Source of the DNA: Casimicrobiaceae bacterium
GTDB lineage: Bacteria; Pseudomonadota; Gammaproteobacteria; Burkholderiales; Casimicrobiaceae
Assembly: GCA_035996965.1 (NCBI GenBank)
Contig: DASYJB010000011.1
Coordinates: 1-61,002 of the forward strand
Length of the DNA stretch: 61,002 nucleotides
Direction: 5' to 3'
Shown here: piece by piece, positions 10,455 to 21,041 of the stretch
Numbering within the stretch: the first letter of the stretch is position 1
Layout of the letters: each line of letters starts with the position of its first letter
Notes under the pieces: generated by a model
Database searches by the model: none
The model's input: only the letters and a program-made list of their open reading frames with translations
What the model was told of the DNA's origin: nothing
Program-made: the position numbers and the translations under genes

Positions 10455-11099
10455 ATGAAACGCGTGTTGTTGCTGACGGTGGTGGCCGCCGCGGTTGCGC
10501 TCGGCACCCCGGCAAGCGCCGAGGAGGCCGCCGGCAAGCCGGATCTCGCCAAAGCGCAGCAGATCGTCAACCAGGTTTGCTCGGCCTGCCATGGCGCCGA
10601 TGGTAACAGCCCGAGCCCGGCGAATCCCAACCTCGCCGGACAGCAGGCCGACTACACCGCCCTGCAGCTCGCCCACTTCAAAACCGGGATCCGCAACAAT
10701 GCGGTGATGGCCGGTATGTCCGCGACGCTGACACCCGAAGACATGCGATCGCTGGGTGCGTATTTCGCGCAGCAGAAACCGAAGGGCTTGGCGGCGAAAG
10801 ACGCCGATCTCGCCGCCGCGGGTCAGAAGCTGTTTCGCGGCGGCGATTCCGCCGGCGGCGTGCCTGCGTGCGCCGCATGCCACGCACCGGACGGCGCAGG
10901 CATTCCTTCGCGCTATCCGCGCCTCGGCGGCCAGTATGCCGACTACACGCTGGCGCAGCTGCGCGCGTTCAAGGCGGGCGAGCGCGGCATGGACAAGGAA
11001 GGCAAGGACGTCAACGGAAGGATCATGGCGCAGATCGCCGCCAGGATGAACGAGCAGGCGATCGCGGCGGCGGCTCAGTACGCTGCCGGCTTGCACTGA
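10455..11099 (+). CDS. dihaem cytochrome c4 family protein
   Basis: The start is the internal ATG at 10455, preceded by a GAGGGAG RBS. The signal peptide is [22 protein letters not shown]. There are two CxxCH motifs (CSACH, CAACH), each followed by a downstream Met ligand region. Confidence 0.92.
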   Translation: MKRVLLLTVVAAAVALGTPASAEEAAGKPDLAKAQQIVNQVCSACHGADGNSPSPANPNLAGQQADYTALQLAHFKTGIRNNAVMAGMSATLTPEDMRSLGAYFAQQKPKGLAAKDADLAAAGQKLFRGGDSAGGVPACAACHAPDGAGIPSRYPRLGGQYADYTLAQLRAFKAGERGMDKEGKDVNGRIMAQIAARMNEQAIAAAAQYAAGLH

Positions 11100-11120
11100 G
11101 CGTGCAACGGCCGGACGATC

Positions 11121-11147
11121 AAAGGCGGCGATTGCGCCGCCTTTTTT
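11121..11147 (+). terminator. rho-independent terminator after cytochrome c4
   Basis: The sequence is AAAGGCGGCG-attg-CGCCGCCTTT followed by TTT. That is a 10-bp GC-rich stem with a 4-nt loop and a T-run. Confidence 0.7.
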
Positions 11148-11159
11148 ACCGGCGCTGAG

Positions 11160-11975
11160 ATGACTGCCTCGATCGCGGCGCTGTTCGTCTATCCGGTCAA
11201 GGGCTGCCGCGGCATCGCGCTGTCTTCGGCGCGGATTACCGAGCGCGGCCTCGCGCACGACCGCGAGTGGATGGTCGTCGACATCGCCGGACGCTTCGTT
11301 ACCCAACGCACCGAGCCCCGGCTGGCATCGATCGCGACCGCGATCACCGCCACCTCGCTCATGCTGACCGTGCCCGGCGCCGAGCCGCTTCAAGTCCCGC
11401 TCGATCAATCCGGCACCGCCGGCGCGGTGACCGTGTGGCGCGACACCGTGCCGGGCATCGATCAGGGACCCGCGGCAGCCGCCTGGCTTTCGGCACGCCT
11501 GGCCGGTGCTTACCGGCTGGTTCGTTTCGATTCCGCGGCACGACGGTTCTGCAATCCAGAATACGCCGGCGATTCCGGCGCGCACACCGCGTTCGCCGAT
11601 GGCTATCCGCTGCTGGTGCTGTCCGAAGCGTCGCTGGACGATCTGAACGCGCGACTCGCGACGCCGCTGCCGATCGATCGTTTTCGCCCGAATCTGCTGC
11701 TGTCCGGCGTCGATGCCTACGACGAGGATTACATCGACCAGATCGTCAGCGGCGACGTAACGCTGAAAATGGTCAAGCCCTGCACGCGCTGCCAGGTGAC
11801 GACGATCGATCAGCGGACGCTCGAGCGTGGCGTCGAACCGCTGCGCACGCTGGCCGGGTATCGCCACAATGCGCTGCTGGACGGTGTCGCATTCGGGATG
11901 AATGCGATCGTCACCGCCGGCGCCGGCGCAACGCTGACGCGCGCCGCGCCGGTCGCGCATTCGTATCGGTTCTAG
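11160..11975 (+). CDS. MOSC domain-containing protein (YcbX-like, without a ferredoxin domain)
   Basis: The MOSC_N-type start is LFVYPVKGCRG. The MOSC cysteine region is MVKPCTRCQVTT. Confidence 0.85.
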   Translation: MTASIAALFVYPVKGCRGIALSSARITERGLAHDREWMVVDIAGRFVTQRTEPRLASIATAITATSLMLTVPGAEPLQVPLDQSGTAGAVTVWRDTVPGIDQGPAAAAWLSARLAGAYRLVRFDSAARRFCNPEYAGDSGAHTAFADGYPLLVLSEASLDDLNARLATPLPIDRFRPNLLLSGVDAYDEDYIDQIVSGDVTLKMVKPCTRCQVTTIDQRTLERGVEPLRTLAGYRHNALLDGVAFGMNAIVTAGAGATLTRAAPVAHSYRF

Positions 11976-12020
11976 TTCCCGGTTTCGACGCCGCGGCCGA
12001 ATGCGGATGCGCCGAGGTGC

Positions 12021-12884
12021 CTAGACCGCCGTAGCCTTGCACGCAGCCAGCATTTCGCGCCAATCCGGCAGCGCGATCCCGAAGGCGTCTTCGAATTTAT
12101 CCGTGGCAAGCACTGCCGATGCCGGTCGGCGGGCGGGCGTCGGATATTCCGCCGTCGTGATCGGCACGACGCGCGGACGATCGGCGCCATCGAAAATCGC
12201 GCGCGCAAAATCGAACCAGCTCGCGCGTCCGCGCCCGCTCAGGTGATAGATGCCGCTCTTTTTCGCCAGCGCCGGCGCGCCGCGGCTCACCAGGCTGGCC
12301 GTTGCTTCGGCCAGCGCGCGGCTCCAGTTGGGCACGCCGAACTGGTCGGCGACGACGCGCACTTCGTCCCGCGAGGCGGCGAGCCGGTGCATCGTCAGCA
12401 GAAAATTCTGGCCGTGCAATCCGTAGATCCAGCTGGTGCGCAGGATTAGATGCCCGCCTCCGGCAGCCGTTATCGCGAGCTCGCCGGCGAGCTTGCTGCT
12501 GCCATAGACATTCAGCGGGTGGGCCTGGTCTTCCTCGCGGTAAGGCTCTCTCGAATTGCCATCGAACACGTAATCGGTCGAATAATGGATCAGCAACGCG
12601 TCCAGGCGCTTCGCTTCCTCGGCCAGCACCGCCGGCGCGCGGGCATTGATCGCGTCGGCCAGCGCGGGCTCGCTTTCGGCGCGGTCGACGGCGGTATAGC
12701 CCGCCGCGTTGACGATGATCTGCGGTCTGACCCGGCGCACCGCCGCCGCAACAGCGTCGGCGTCGGCCAGGTCCAGTGCGGCGCGGTCGAGCGCCTCCAC
12801 CTCGCCGTGTGCCGTCAGCAGTCGGGCCAGCTCGAAACCGAGTTGCCCCGCCGCCCCGGTGAGCAGAATCACCGGGCGCTTCAC
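12021..12884 (-). CDS. rfbD: dTDP-4-dehydrorhamnose reductase
   Basis: The GTG start at 12882-12884 overlaps the rfbC stop (GTGA). Motifs are the Rossmann segment LLTGAAGQLG and the RmlD motif YSTDYVFDG. Confidence 0.9.
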   Translation of the reverse strand: MKRPVILLTGAAGQLGFELARLLTAHGEVEALDRAALDLADADAVAAAVRRVRPQIIVNAAGYTAVDRAESEPALADAINARAPAVLAEEAKRLDALLIHYSTDYVFDGNSREPYREEDQAHPLNVYGSSKLAGELAITAAGGGHLILRTSWIYGLHGQNFLLTMHRLAASRDEVRVVADQFGVPNWSRALAEATASLVSRGAPALAKKSGIYHLSGRGRASWFDFARAIFDGADRPRVVPITTAEYPTPARRPASAVLATDKFEDAFGIALPDWREMLAACKATAV

Positions 12885-13423
12885 GGATAAGCGTCGGCCT
12901 GCGCCAGCGTGCGTCCGGCGGCGTCCTTGGCTGCGACCAGCGGCGCGCCCGACAGCGGCCACCGGATGCCCAGCGCCGGATCGCTCCACAGGAGACTGCG
13001 CTCGTATTGCGGATACCAGTAGTCGGTCGTCTTGTAGAGGAATTCCACGGCATCGGAGACGACCAGGAAGCCATGCGCGAACCCCGGCGGAATCCACAGC
13101 ATGCACCGGTTCTCCGCCGACAGCAGCGCCGACGACCAGCGGCCGAACCGCGGCGAGCTGCGGCGAAGATCGACCGCGACGTCGAACACTTCGCCCTCGG
13201 TCACGCGCACCAGCTTGCCCTGGGCGTGCTCGATCTGGTAGTGCAGGCCGCGGAGCACGCTCCGCGCGGAGCGCGAATGATTGTCCTGCACGAACTCGGC
13301 GTCGAGCCCTGCCTCGGCGAGCGCGCGGCGGTTGTAGCTCTCGAAGAAAAAGCCCCGCTCGTCGCCGTACACTTTCGGCTCGAGCAACAGCACCTCCGGC
13401 AACTCGGTCGGCGTGACCTTCAT
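12881..13423 (-). CDS. rfbC: dTDP-4-dehydrorhamnose 3,5-epimerase
   Basis: The start is the internal ATG at 13421-13423 (MKVTPTELPEVLLLEPKVYGDERGFFFESY...RGLHYQ). Confidence 0.92.
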   Translation of the reverse strand: MKVTPTELPEVLLLEPKVYGDERGFFFESYNRRALAEAGLDAEFVQDNHSRSARSVLRGLHYQIEHAQGKLVRVTEGEVFDVAVDLRRSSPRFGRWSSALLSAENRCMLWIPPGFAHGFLVVSDAVEFLYKTTDYWYPQYERSLLWSDPALGIRWPLSGAPLVAAKDAAGRTLAQADAYP

Positions 13424-13433
13424 TGCTGCTGCT

Positions 13434-14321
13434 TCATCGTATCGCGGGCCCGTGCAACAGGCTGAGCAGATACTGCCCGTAGCCGTTATTGGCCATCGCC
13501 TGTCCGAGCTTTTCCAGCGCCGCGGCGTCGATGTAACCCTGGCGATAGGCGATCTCTTCCGGACAGGCGATCTTGAGTCCCTGCCGGCGCTCGATGGTCG
13601 CAATGTATTGCGCCGCTTCGAGCAGCGATTCGTGTGTCCCGGTGTCGAGCCAGGCCATGCCGCGGCCCATGACTTCGACTGCGAGCTCGCCCAGGCGAAG
13701 ATAGGCCTGGTTGACATCGGTGATCTCGAACTCGCCGCGTGCCGAGGGTTTGAGATCTGCTGCGATGTCGAGCACCCGGTTGTCGTAGAAATAAAGGCCG
13801 GTGACCGCATAGCGCGACTTCGGCCGCTCGGGCTTTTCGGCGAGGCTCAGCACGCGACCCTCGGCGTCGAATTCCGCGACGCCGTAACGCTCGGGATCTG
13901 CCACAGGATAGGCGAACACTGTCGCCCCGGTCGCGCGCGCGGTGGCGCGCGCGAGCATCGGCTGCAGATCGTGACCGTAGAAGATGTTGTCGCCCAGCAC
14001 CAGCGCCGACCTCGCGCCGCCGACAAAGTCGCGGCCGATGACAAACGCCTGCGCCAGCCCGTTCGGCGCTTGCTGAACCGCGTACCGCAAGTCGATTCCC
14101 CAGCGCTGCCCGTCGCCGAGCAGCTGCGCGAAACGCGGCGTGTCCTCCGGCGTCGAGATCAGGAGGATGTCGCGAATCCCGGCGAGCATCAGCGTCGACA
14201 GCGGGTAGTAGATCATCGGCTTGTCGTACACCGGCAGCAGCTGCTTGGACAGCACCTGCGTCGCCGGATAGAGCCGGCTTCCCGAGCCGCCGGCCAGAAT
14301 GATGCCCTTGCGGACCGTCAT
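13434..14321 (-). CDS. rfbA: glucose-1-phosphate thymidylyltransferase
   Basis: The N-terminus is [21 protein letters not shown]. The product is 295 aa. Its start overlaps the rfbB stop by 4 nt. Confidence 0.95.
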   Translation of the reverse strand: MTVRKGIILAGGSGSRLYPATQVLSKQLLPVYDKPMIYYPLSTLMLAGIRDILLISTPEDTPRFAQLLGDGQRWGIDLRYAVQQAPNGLAQAFVIGRDFVGGARSALVLGDNIFYGHDLQPMLARATARATGATVFAYPVADPERYGVAEFDAEGRVLSLAEKPERPKSRYAVTGLYFYDNRVLDIAADLKPSARGEFEITDVNQAYLRLGELAVEVMGRGMAWLDTGTHESLLEAAQYIATIERRQGLKIACPEEIAYRQGYIDAAALEKLGQAMANNGYGQYLLSLLHGPAIR

Positions 14322-15376
14322 GCCGGCTCACCAGTGTAGTTGAGCGAGATCCACTTGTGGTATTCGCCGCTGCTCACCGCGTGCAGCCATGCCGCATGGT
14401 CGAGGTACCAGCGCACGGTGCGGGCGAGTCCCGATTCGAATGTTTCGCGCGGCGTCCAGCCGAGCTCGCTTCGGATTTTTGACGAATCGATCGCGTAGCG
14501 GCGGTCATGCCCGGGGCGATCGCGGACGAAGCTGATCTGCGCCGCGTAGTCGCGCCCCGGCCGCTGTTCGGCGAGTATCCGGCAAAGCGTGTGCACGACC
14601 TCGATATTGGTCCTTTCAGCATTGCCGCCGATGTTGTACGTAGCACCCGGCAGACCGTGCGCGAGCACCCCGCGTACCGCCGCGCAATGATCGCCGACGT
14701 ACAGCCAGTCGCGGACGTTCTTGCCATCACCGTAGACCGGCAGCGGCTTGCCTGCGATCGCGTTGACGATCATCAACGGGATCAGCTTTTCGGGAAACTG
14801 CAGCGGCCCGTAGTTGTTCGAGCAGTTGGTGGTAAGCGTCGGCAGGCCGTAGGTGTGATGGTAAGCGCGCACCAGATGATCGGAGGCCGCTTTCGACGCC
14901 GAATACGGGCTGTTGGGCGCGTACGGCGTCGTCTCGCAGAATCCGTCGGCACCGGGCGCGAGCGAGCCATAGACCTCGTCGGTCGAAACATGCAGAAAGC
15001 GAAAGCGAGAGCGCTCCGGCTCCGGCAGCGACGACCAGTAGGCGCGCGCCGCTTCGAGCAGCGCGAACGTGCCGACGATATTGGTATCGATGAACGCGGC
15101 CGGACCATGGATCGACCGATCGACGTGGCTCTCGGCCGCGAAATTGACGATCGCGCGCGGCCGACGCGCGGCCAGCAACGCATCGATGGTCGCGCGATCG
15201 CCGATGTCCGCGCGCACGAAATGGTGAGCCGGATCGTCCTTGAGCGCAGCCAGACTGCCGAGATTGCCGGCATAGGTCAGCTTGTCGACGTTGATGACCG
15301 GCTCGTCGCCTTCGGCGCGCCAGTCGAGCACGAAATTGGCGCCGATAAAGCCGGCGCCGCCGGTGACCAGAATCAT
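14318..15376 (-). CDS. rfbB: dTDP-glucose 4,6-dehydratase
   Basis: Motifs are [16 protein letters not shown] and the catalytic [11 protein letters not shown]. The product is 352 aa. Confidence 0.95.
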   Translation of the reverse strand: MILVTGGAGFIGANFVLDWRAEGDEPVINVDKLTYAGNLGSLAALKDDPAHHFVRADIGDRATIDALLAARRPRAIVNFAAESHVDRSIHGPAAFIDTNIVGTFALLEAARAYWSSLPEPERSRFRFLHVSTDEVYGSLAPGADGFCETTPYAPNSPYSASKAASDHLVRAYHHTYGLPTLTTNCSNNYGPLQFPEKLIPLMIVNAIAGKPLPVYGDGKNVRDWLYVGDHCAAVRGVLAHGLPGATYNIGGNAERTNIEVVHTLCRILAEQRPGRDYAAQISFVRDRPGHDRRYAIDSSKIRSELGWTPRETFESGLARTVRWYLDHAAWLHAVSSGEYHKWISLNYTGEPA

Positions 15377-15431
15377 GCGAGCTCCATGCGCCTGAAGGCG
15401 AGCGAGGTGCTTGCCCGGGGCGCGGATTCTA

Positions 15432-16427
15432 TCATGTCGCGCGAGCCGGTCCGTCGGCCCGATAGTAGTCGAGATACCACGTCACGAAGCGTTGCAATCC
15501 TTCCGCAAGCGGTGTGGTCGGCGTGAATCCTGTCGCCGCCGTGAGGCGGTCGATCGCGGCGAACGTCGTCGGCACGTCGCCCGGCTGCGGCGGCAGGTAT
15601 TCGCGGATCGCGCGCTTGCCGAGCAACCGCTCGAGCTCGCCGATGAACGATTCCAGATCGATCGCCGTATGGTTGCCGATGTTGTAAATGGCGTAGGGCG
15701 CAACGCCGGCGTCGGCTGCTTCGGGTGCGCGCGACAGCACCCGCACGACGCCTTCGACGATGTCGTCGATGTAGGTGAAGTCGCGGCGCATCCGGCCGAA
15801 GTTGAAAACCTTGATCGGCGTGCCGTCGACGATCGCGCGCGTGAACAGCGCGGCCGCCATGTCGGGCCGGCCCCACGGGCCGTAGACGGTGAAGAAGCGC
15901 AAGCCGGTCGTCGGCAGCCGGTACAAATGGCTGTAGCTGTGCGCGATCAGCTCGTCGGCCTTCTTGGTCGCCGCGTACAGGCTCATCGGATGATCGACGC
16001 TCTGATCCTCGGAATACGGCAGCGTGTGGTTCGCCCCGTACACGCTCGAGCTCGATGCATACACCAGGTGCTCGACGCCGCTGTGGCGGCAAGCCTCGAT
16101 GACCGCGCCAAACGCATCGATGTTATTGCGGAGGTAGGCCGCCGGATTCTGCAGCGAATACCGCACGCCCGGTTGTGCGGCCAGATGCGCGACGTGCGTG
16201 CATCGAGCGTCGCGAAAGAGAGCCATCGTCGCCGCGTGATCGGCCAGGTCGAGCTCGACGCACCGCACGCCGGCGCGCGCCAATTGATCCGCCCGCGCTC
16301 GCTTCAGCGCGACGTCGTAGTACGGGTCGAAGTTGTCGACGCCGACGACGTCGGCGCCGTCGCGGGCCAGCCGCAGCGCGAGATGCATGCCGATAAATCC
16401 AGCCGCGCCGGTGACCAGCGTCGTCAT
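15432..16427 (-). CDS. NAD-dependent sugar-nucleotide epimerase (UDP-glucuronate 4-epimerase-like)
   Basis: Motifs are [11 protein letters not shown] and YAATKKADE (YxxxK). The overall pattern is CapI/LpsL-like. The exact substrate is not determinable from sequence alone. Confidence 0.85.
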   Translation of the reverse strand: MTTLVTGAAGFIGMHLALRLARDGADVVGVDNFDPYYDVALKRARADQLARAGVRCVELDLADHAATMALFRDARCTHVAHLAAQPGVRYSLQNPAAYLRNNIDAFGAVIEACRHSGVEHLVYASSSSVYGANHTLPYSEDQSVDHPMSLYAATKKADELIAHSYSHLYRLPTTGLRFFTVYGPWGRPDMAAALFTRAIVDGTPIKVFNFGRMRRDFTYIDDIVEGVVRVLSRAPEAADAGVAPYAIYNIGNHTAIDLESFIGELERLLGKRAIREYLPPQPGDVPTTFAAIDRLTAATGFTPTTPLAEGLQRFVTWYLDYYRADGPARAT

Positions 16428-17278
16428 TGCAGATTCGCCGGCCGCTCGAGTGAGCGCAGCTTGGCGTATTTGCAGAAGCTGGTGAAACAGCCGATCGCGA
16501 TATGGACCAAGCCGGCCGAGCCGTCCAGAAAACCGGCGCGCAACAGGTAGAAGCGGACGAAGCGGACGAGCGGCGAGCCGATCAGCCGGACCCAGGAAAA
16601 ATGCTCGCCGCGCGCGTGCATCGCCTCGGCCTGAAGCGTCGAATAGCGATTCTGCTTGGCGAGATAGGCATCGAGCGACTCGGCCGACGCGTGCAGCAAG
16701 TCGCCGTCGAGCCGTCCGACCGGCCCGTCGGCGACGACGTGCTCGTGGACGATGTCATCGGTCCAGCGCGCGCGGCGACGGTCGAACAGGCGAATCGTCC
16801 AGTCGGGATAGCCTTCGCCATGGCGAAGCCAGCGACCGAAAAACCGGTTGCGCCGCGCGATCTCGAACGCGGCATGGCTCGGTTCACGCAAAGCCGCGTC
16901 GATGGCGATCGCGAGCTCCGGCGACAGGCGCTCGTCGGCGTCCAGGCACAACACCCAGTCGTGCGCGGCCTGCGCCACCGCGTGGCGCCGCTGCGGTCCG
17001 AATCCCAGCCACGGCTGCTCGATCACGCGCGCGCCTCGGGCGCGGGCGATTTCTACGGTATCATCCTGGCTGCCGGAATCGACGACCAGCGTCTCCGCAG
17101 CGAAGCGCACGGAATCGAGGCAAGCAGCAAGCTGCGCACCGGCGTCGCGCGTGATCACCACGAGGCTCAATTCAGGCAAGGGCAAGCGCGGCTGAAGATC
17201 GGACAACGCGTCGGGCGTCGGGGCAGAAGAGTCTCCGATGCGACATGCGACGGAGGGCGCGGCCCATTCTACGTGCAA
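16424..17278 (-). CDS. family 2 glycosyltransferase (LPS core WaaE/KdtX-like)
   Basis: Motifs are LSLVVITRDAGAQL and the DxD segment LCLDADERL. The stop overlaps the epimerase start (ATGA). The start is uncertain: TTG at 17278, or one of several TTG codons nearer LSLVVI. Confidence 0.8.
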   Translation of the reverse strand: MHVEWAAPSVACRIGDSSAPTPDALSDLQPRLPLPELSLVVITRDAGAQLAACLDSVRFAAETLVVDSGSQDDTVEIARARGARVIEQPWLGFGPQRRHAVAQAAHDWVLCLDADERLSPELAIAIDAALREPSHAAFEIARRNRFFGRWLRHGEGYPDWTIRLFDRRRARWTDDIVHEHVVADGPVGRLDGDLLHASAESLDAYLAKQNRYSTLQAEAMHARGEHFSWVRLIGSPLVRFVRFYLLRAGFLDGSAGLVHIAIGCFTSFCKYAKLRSLERPANLQ

Positions 17279-17359
17279 CGCACCGGCAAGTCATCCGCCG
17301 GCCTGCCACAATCAACGCACCGGCGGCATTGCTCGCCGCGATCTCGTGAGGCGTATCCG

Positions 17360-18328
17360 GTGAGTCGCGCGCTGATCATCAGGCCCTCGTCGCTCGGCGA
17401 CATCGTGCATGCCTTGCCGATCGTGCACGACATCCGGCGACATCGTCCCGACATGGCGGTCGACTGGGTCGCCGAGGAAGCTTTTGCCGCGCTGCTTGCA
17501 ATGCATCGCGGTGTCGACCGCGTCATTCCGGTCGCGCTGCGCCGCTGGCGCCACCAGGTGCTGGACCGCGCGACCTGGCGCGAGGCCGCGGCTTTCCGCC
17601 TCGAGCTGACCCGCGATCGTTACGATCTGGTGCTCGATCTGCAGGAGCAGGTCAAGGGCGCGCTGCTGGCGTGGCTCGCGCGCGGCCCGGTACACGGGCC
17701 CGACCGCGCCAGCATCCGCGAGCCCGCGGCGAGCTTCAGCTACCGTCGCCGCCACCGGATCGATCCGGCACAGCATCTGATCGACCGCTGCCGGCAGCTC
17801 GCCGCGGCCGCGTTCGGCTACCCGGTCGACGGACCGCCGCACTTCGACCTGGTCCCGCCGCCGCTGGTCGCGGCGCCTGAGACGCCCTATGCGGTCTTCG
17901 TGCATGCGAGCAGTCGAGCCGACAAGCTTTGGCCCGAAGCGCACTGGCGCGCATTGATCGCGCATTTCACGCAGGCCGGCCTCGCGGTGCTGCTGCCGTG
18001 GGGCACCCGCGAAGAAGCCGAGCGCAGCGGCCGACTTGCCGATGGCATCCCGGGCGCCGCCGTTGGCGCGCGACGCGAGCTGCCGGAAATCGCGGCGCTG
18101 CTCGCCCGCGCCGAAGTCGTTTGCGGCGTCGACACCGGCTTGGTACATCTGGCAGCGGCGTTGGGCGCGCCGACGGTCGCGCTGTTCGTCGCCACCGATC
18201 CGAGGCTTGCCGGCGTTGCGCGCGCCGGTCCGCATTGCCGCGACTTGGGTGGGACGGGCATCGTTCCCGCGCCGCCCGAAGTGATTGCCGCTGTCGGCGC
18301 GCTGCTGCGCACATTGCCGGACTGCTGA
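17360..18328 (+). CDS. waaC: lipopolysaccharide heptosyltransferase I
   Basis: The start is GTG at 17360 (VSRALIIRPSSLGDIVHALP...). The C-terminal region contains GVDTGLVHLAAALGAP. The longer ORF beginning at 16502 is antisense to the GT2 gene. Confidence 0.88.
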   Translation: MSRALIIRPSSLGDIVHALPIVHDIRRHRPDMAVDWVAEEAFAALLAMHRGVDRVIPVALRRWRHQVLDRATWREAAAFRLELTRDRYDLVLDLQEQVKGALLAWLARGPVHGPDRASIREPAASFSYRRRHRIDPAQHLIDRCRQLAAAAFGYPVDGPPHFDLVPPPLVAAPETPYAVFVHASSRADKLWPEAHWRALIAHFTQAGLAVLLPWGTREEAERSGRLADGIPGAAVGARRELPEIAALLARAEVVCGVDTGLVHLAAALGAPTVALFVATDPRLAGVARAGPHCRDLGGTGIVPAPPEVIAAVGALLRTLPDC

Positions 18329-19632
18329 TGGACTTCGCACGCGCGCTGTACACGCTTGCCGGCACGACGCTGCTGCCGCTGTTGCCGCTGCGCCTGTGGT
18401 GGCGCGGGCGCCGCGAGCCCGGTTACCGGTATGCGTGGGGCGAACGCTTCGGTCGCTATCGTGGCGTGCCTCCGTCGTCTGCGGTTTGGTGGGTGCACGC
18501 GGTTTCAGTCGGCGAGACGCGGGCTGCGCTGCCGCTGCTCAAGCATCTCAATCGCGCCTACCCCGAGGTCGCCATCGTGTTGACGCACATGACCGCGACC
18601 GGCCGCGACACCGGCCGCGCACTCTACGGCGATACCGTCACACAGGCGTGGCTGCCGTACGACCTGCCGTTCGCGGTCGATGCTTTTCTCGCGCACTTTC
18701 GTCCGGCTGCCGGGTTCCTGCTCGAGACCGAGCTGTGGCCGAACCTGATCGCGCACGCCGCCGTGCGGAATATCCCGGTCTACCTGATCAACGCGCGCAT
18801 GTCGGAGCGTTCCGCCGCCGGATATCGGCGCTATGCGGCGCTGACCCGGCCGATGCTGGCGCGGCTTGCCGGCGTCGCCGCACAGTCGGGCGCCGACGAG
18901 GCGCGACTCGCTGCGCTGGGTGCGCGCAAGACGGTGGTGACCGGCAATCTCAAATTCGATATGACGGTCCCCGACGCCGCCCGTGCGCTCGGCGCCGAGT
19001 TCGCGCAGCGATTCGGACCGTCCCGGCCGGTCTGGCTCGCCGCGAGCACCCGCGAAGGCGAGGAGACTCTCCTGCTCGACGCGCTCGAGCGAAAGCCGCT
19101 GCCGGAGGACACGCTGCTGGTCATCGTGCCGCGGCATCCGCAGCGCTTTGCGGCCGTTGCCGATCTGTTGCGCGAGCGCGGCGTCCCGTTCATCCGACGC
19201 AGTGACAATGGCCAGGTACCCGCCGACGTGCGCGTCGTCCTCGGCGACTCGATGGGGGAGCTCTTGGCGTATTACGCGGCCGCGGATCTCGCCTTTGTCG
19301 GCGGGAGCCTTCTGCCGTTCGGCGGCCAGAACCTGATCGAGCCGCTGGCTGTCGGTATTCCGGTCCTGATCGGACCGCACACCTTCAATTTCGCCGAAGC
19401 GAGTGCTGGCGCAGCCGCTGCAGGAGCAGCCGAAATCGTCGCCGATGCGGACGCGCTGGTCGCGGCCGCGGCGGCAATCCTGTCGGACCGCGGACGGCGC
19501 GAGACGATGGGGGCCGCAGCACGCGCATTCCACGCGACGCATCAAGGGGCCGCCGGGCGGCTCTGGGCCTGGCTCGCTCCGCAGCTTGAGGCGGCGGCAA
19601 CGGCAGCGCTCAACCGCTCAGGTCGCGGTTGA
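18328..19632 (+). CDS. waaA: 3-deoxy-D-manno-octulosonic acid (Kdo) transferase
   Basis: The ATG at 18328 overlaps the waaC stop (TGATG). Motifs are WVHAVSVGETRAALPLL, IVPRHPQRF and GGSLLPFGGQNLIEP. Confidence 0.92.
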   Translation: MDFARALYTLAGTTLLPLLPLRLWWRGRREPGYRYAWGERFGRYRGVPPSSAVWWVHAVSVGETRAALPLLKHLNRAYPEVAIVLTHMTATGRDTGRALYGDTVTQAWLPYDLPFAVDAFLAHFRPAAGFLLETELWPNLIAHAAVRNIPVYLINARMSERSAAGYRRYAALTRPMLARLAGVAAQSGADEARLAALGARKTVVTGNLKFDMTVPDAARALGAEFAQRFGPSRPVWLAASTREGEETLLLDALERKPLPEDTLLVIVPRHPQRFAAVADLLRERGVPFIRRSDNGQVPADVRVVLGDSMGELLAYYAAADLAFVGGSLLPFGGQNLIEPLAVGIPVLIGPHTFNFAEASAGAAAAGAAEIVADADALVAAAAAILSDRGRRETMGAAARAFHATHQGAAGRLWAWLAPQLEAAATAALNRSGRG

Positions 19633-20956
19633 TCCGGTCAACGTCTGCCTCGGTCAGCGTCCCGATAGCCTGCTTGAGCTTGAGCTCGCTGATCAGGAAG
19701 TTGTAGTACGCCTGCGCGAGGTTGAATCGCGTCTGGAATACCTGCTGCTGCTGGTTGAGGACGTCGAGGTTGGTCCGCACGCCCACCTCGAGCCCGAGCT
19801 TGTTGGAGTCGTACGACACCTGGGCCGAAGCCAGCGCCTGCTCGAACGCCTTGATCTGCGCGACGCCGCTGGTCACCCCGGAGAAAGATGTTTGCGCGAG
19901 GAGCTGCGCGCTGCGTCGCGCCGTTTCGAGATCCTGGCGCGCCCGGTCCTGGTTGGCGATCGCCTGCCGCACGCGGGACTCGATTGCGCCTCCCTGGTAG
20001 AGCGGCACGTTGAGCTGCACACCGATCTGCGCCAGCCGCGAATCGAACGCGGCCGACGAGATCAGCGACGTCGACGCCGACCCGCCGGCGTAGCCCTGGT
20101 TGATGCTCGCTACCAGGTCGATCGTCGGGTAATGCGCCGCGCGCTGCCGATCCACTTCGAGGCTCGCAATGTCGAAGTTGGCCTGCGCGATGCGCACTTG
20201 GAGATTCTGGCTCAACGCCTGCTCGATCCACGGCTCGAGCGCGTTCGGAGAGGGCAGGCGAGGGTCGAACCTGCCGCCGAAGCGCTTGAGGTCCCGGGGC
20301 AGACGCCCGAGGATCGCACCCAGCGCCGCGAGCTTGTTGTCGAGGTCGGTGCGCGCAGCGATTTCCTGCGCGACGATCTGGTCGAACTTCGCCTGCGCGT
20401 CGTTGGTGTCGGTGATCGTCGCGGTGCCGACCTCGAAATTGCGCTTGGCCTGCGCCAGGTTTTCGCTGACCGCCGCCTTCTGGCTCTCGGTCAACTCGAT
20501 GTTGAATCGCGCCAGCAACACGTCGAAATAGGCCTGGGTGACGCGGACGATCAGGTCCTGCTGCGCCGACGACAGCACGAAATCGCTCTGCCCGACCTGC
20601 TGCCTCGCCTGGGAGAGCGCGATCGAATTCTGCGGACGATAAAGCGGCTGGCTGGCCGACACCGTGTAGCCGAGCTGCGGAAACCTCTCGCGGACTGTTT
20701 GCGCGGGATCGACATGGATCCTTTCGTAGAAATCCTCTTCGGTCGCATTGGCGGCAAGGCCGACCGACGGCAACAGTCCCGCGCGGGCCTGCGGCACGTT
20801 TTCCTGCGTTGCAGACCAGCTGGCACGCGCGGACGCGAGCACCGGATCGCTGGCAAGCGCGTCGCGATAGACCTGCAGCAGGTCCTCCGCAGCGACCGGA
20901 GAAAGCGCGCCGCTGCAGGCAGCGCCGAGCGCGATCGCAAGCAATCTTTTCACCAT
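19610..20956 (-). CDS. tolC: TolC-family outer membrane efflux protein
   Basis: The start is the internal ATG at 20954-20956. The signal peptide is MVKRLLAIALGAACSGALSPVAA. The internally duplicated OEP repeat organisation is present. The 3' end overlaps the waaA 3' end by 23 nt. Confidence 0.9.
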   Translation of the reverse strand: MVKRLLAIALGAACSGALSPVAAEDLLQVYRDALASDPVLASARASWSATQENVPQARAGLLPSVGLAANATEEDFYERIHVDPAQTVRERFPQLGYTVSASQPLYRPQNSIALSQARQQVGQSDFVLSSAQQDLIVRVTQAYFDVLLARFNIELTESQKAAVSENLAQAKRNFEVGTATITDTNDAQAKFDQIVAQEIAARTDLDNKLAALGAILGRLPRDLKRFGGRFDPRLPSPNALEPWIEQALSQNLQVRIAQANFDIASLEVDRQRAAHYPTIDLVASINQGYAGGSASTSLISSAAFDSRLAQIGVQLNVPLYQGGAIESRVRQAIANQDRARQDLETARRSAQLLAQTSFSGVTSGVAQIKAFEQALASAQVSYDSNKLGLEVGVRTNLDVLNQQQQVFQTRFNLAQAYYNFLISELKLKQAIGTLTEADVDRINRDLSG

Positions 20957-21041
20957 CGTAGCGGTCCAGTCAGTCGGTCGAGGATCAGATCGGGCCGTGG
21001 CTCGCCGCTCGCGCGGGAACCCTGCTGCTGCCCGAATGGAT

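Noticed and set aside
16502-17359. Upstream extension of the waaC ORF (608-aa track ORF), and likewise 17929..18327 upstream of waaA
   Set aside because: The extensions are antisense to, or overlap, the GT2 and waaC genes. Homology-like sequence begins at the GTG at 17360 and the ATG at 18328.
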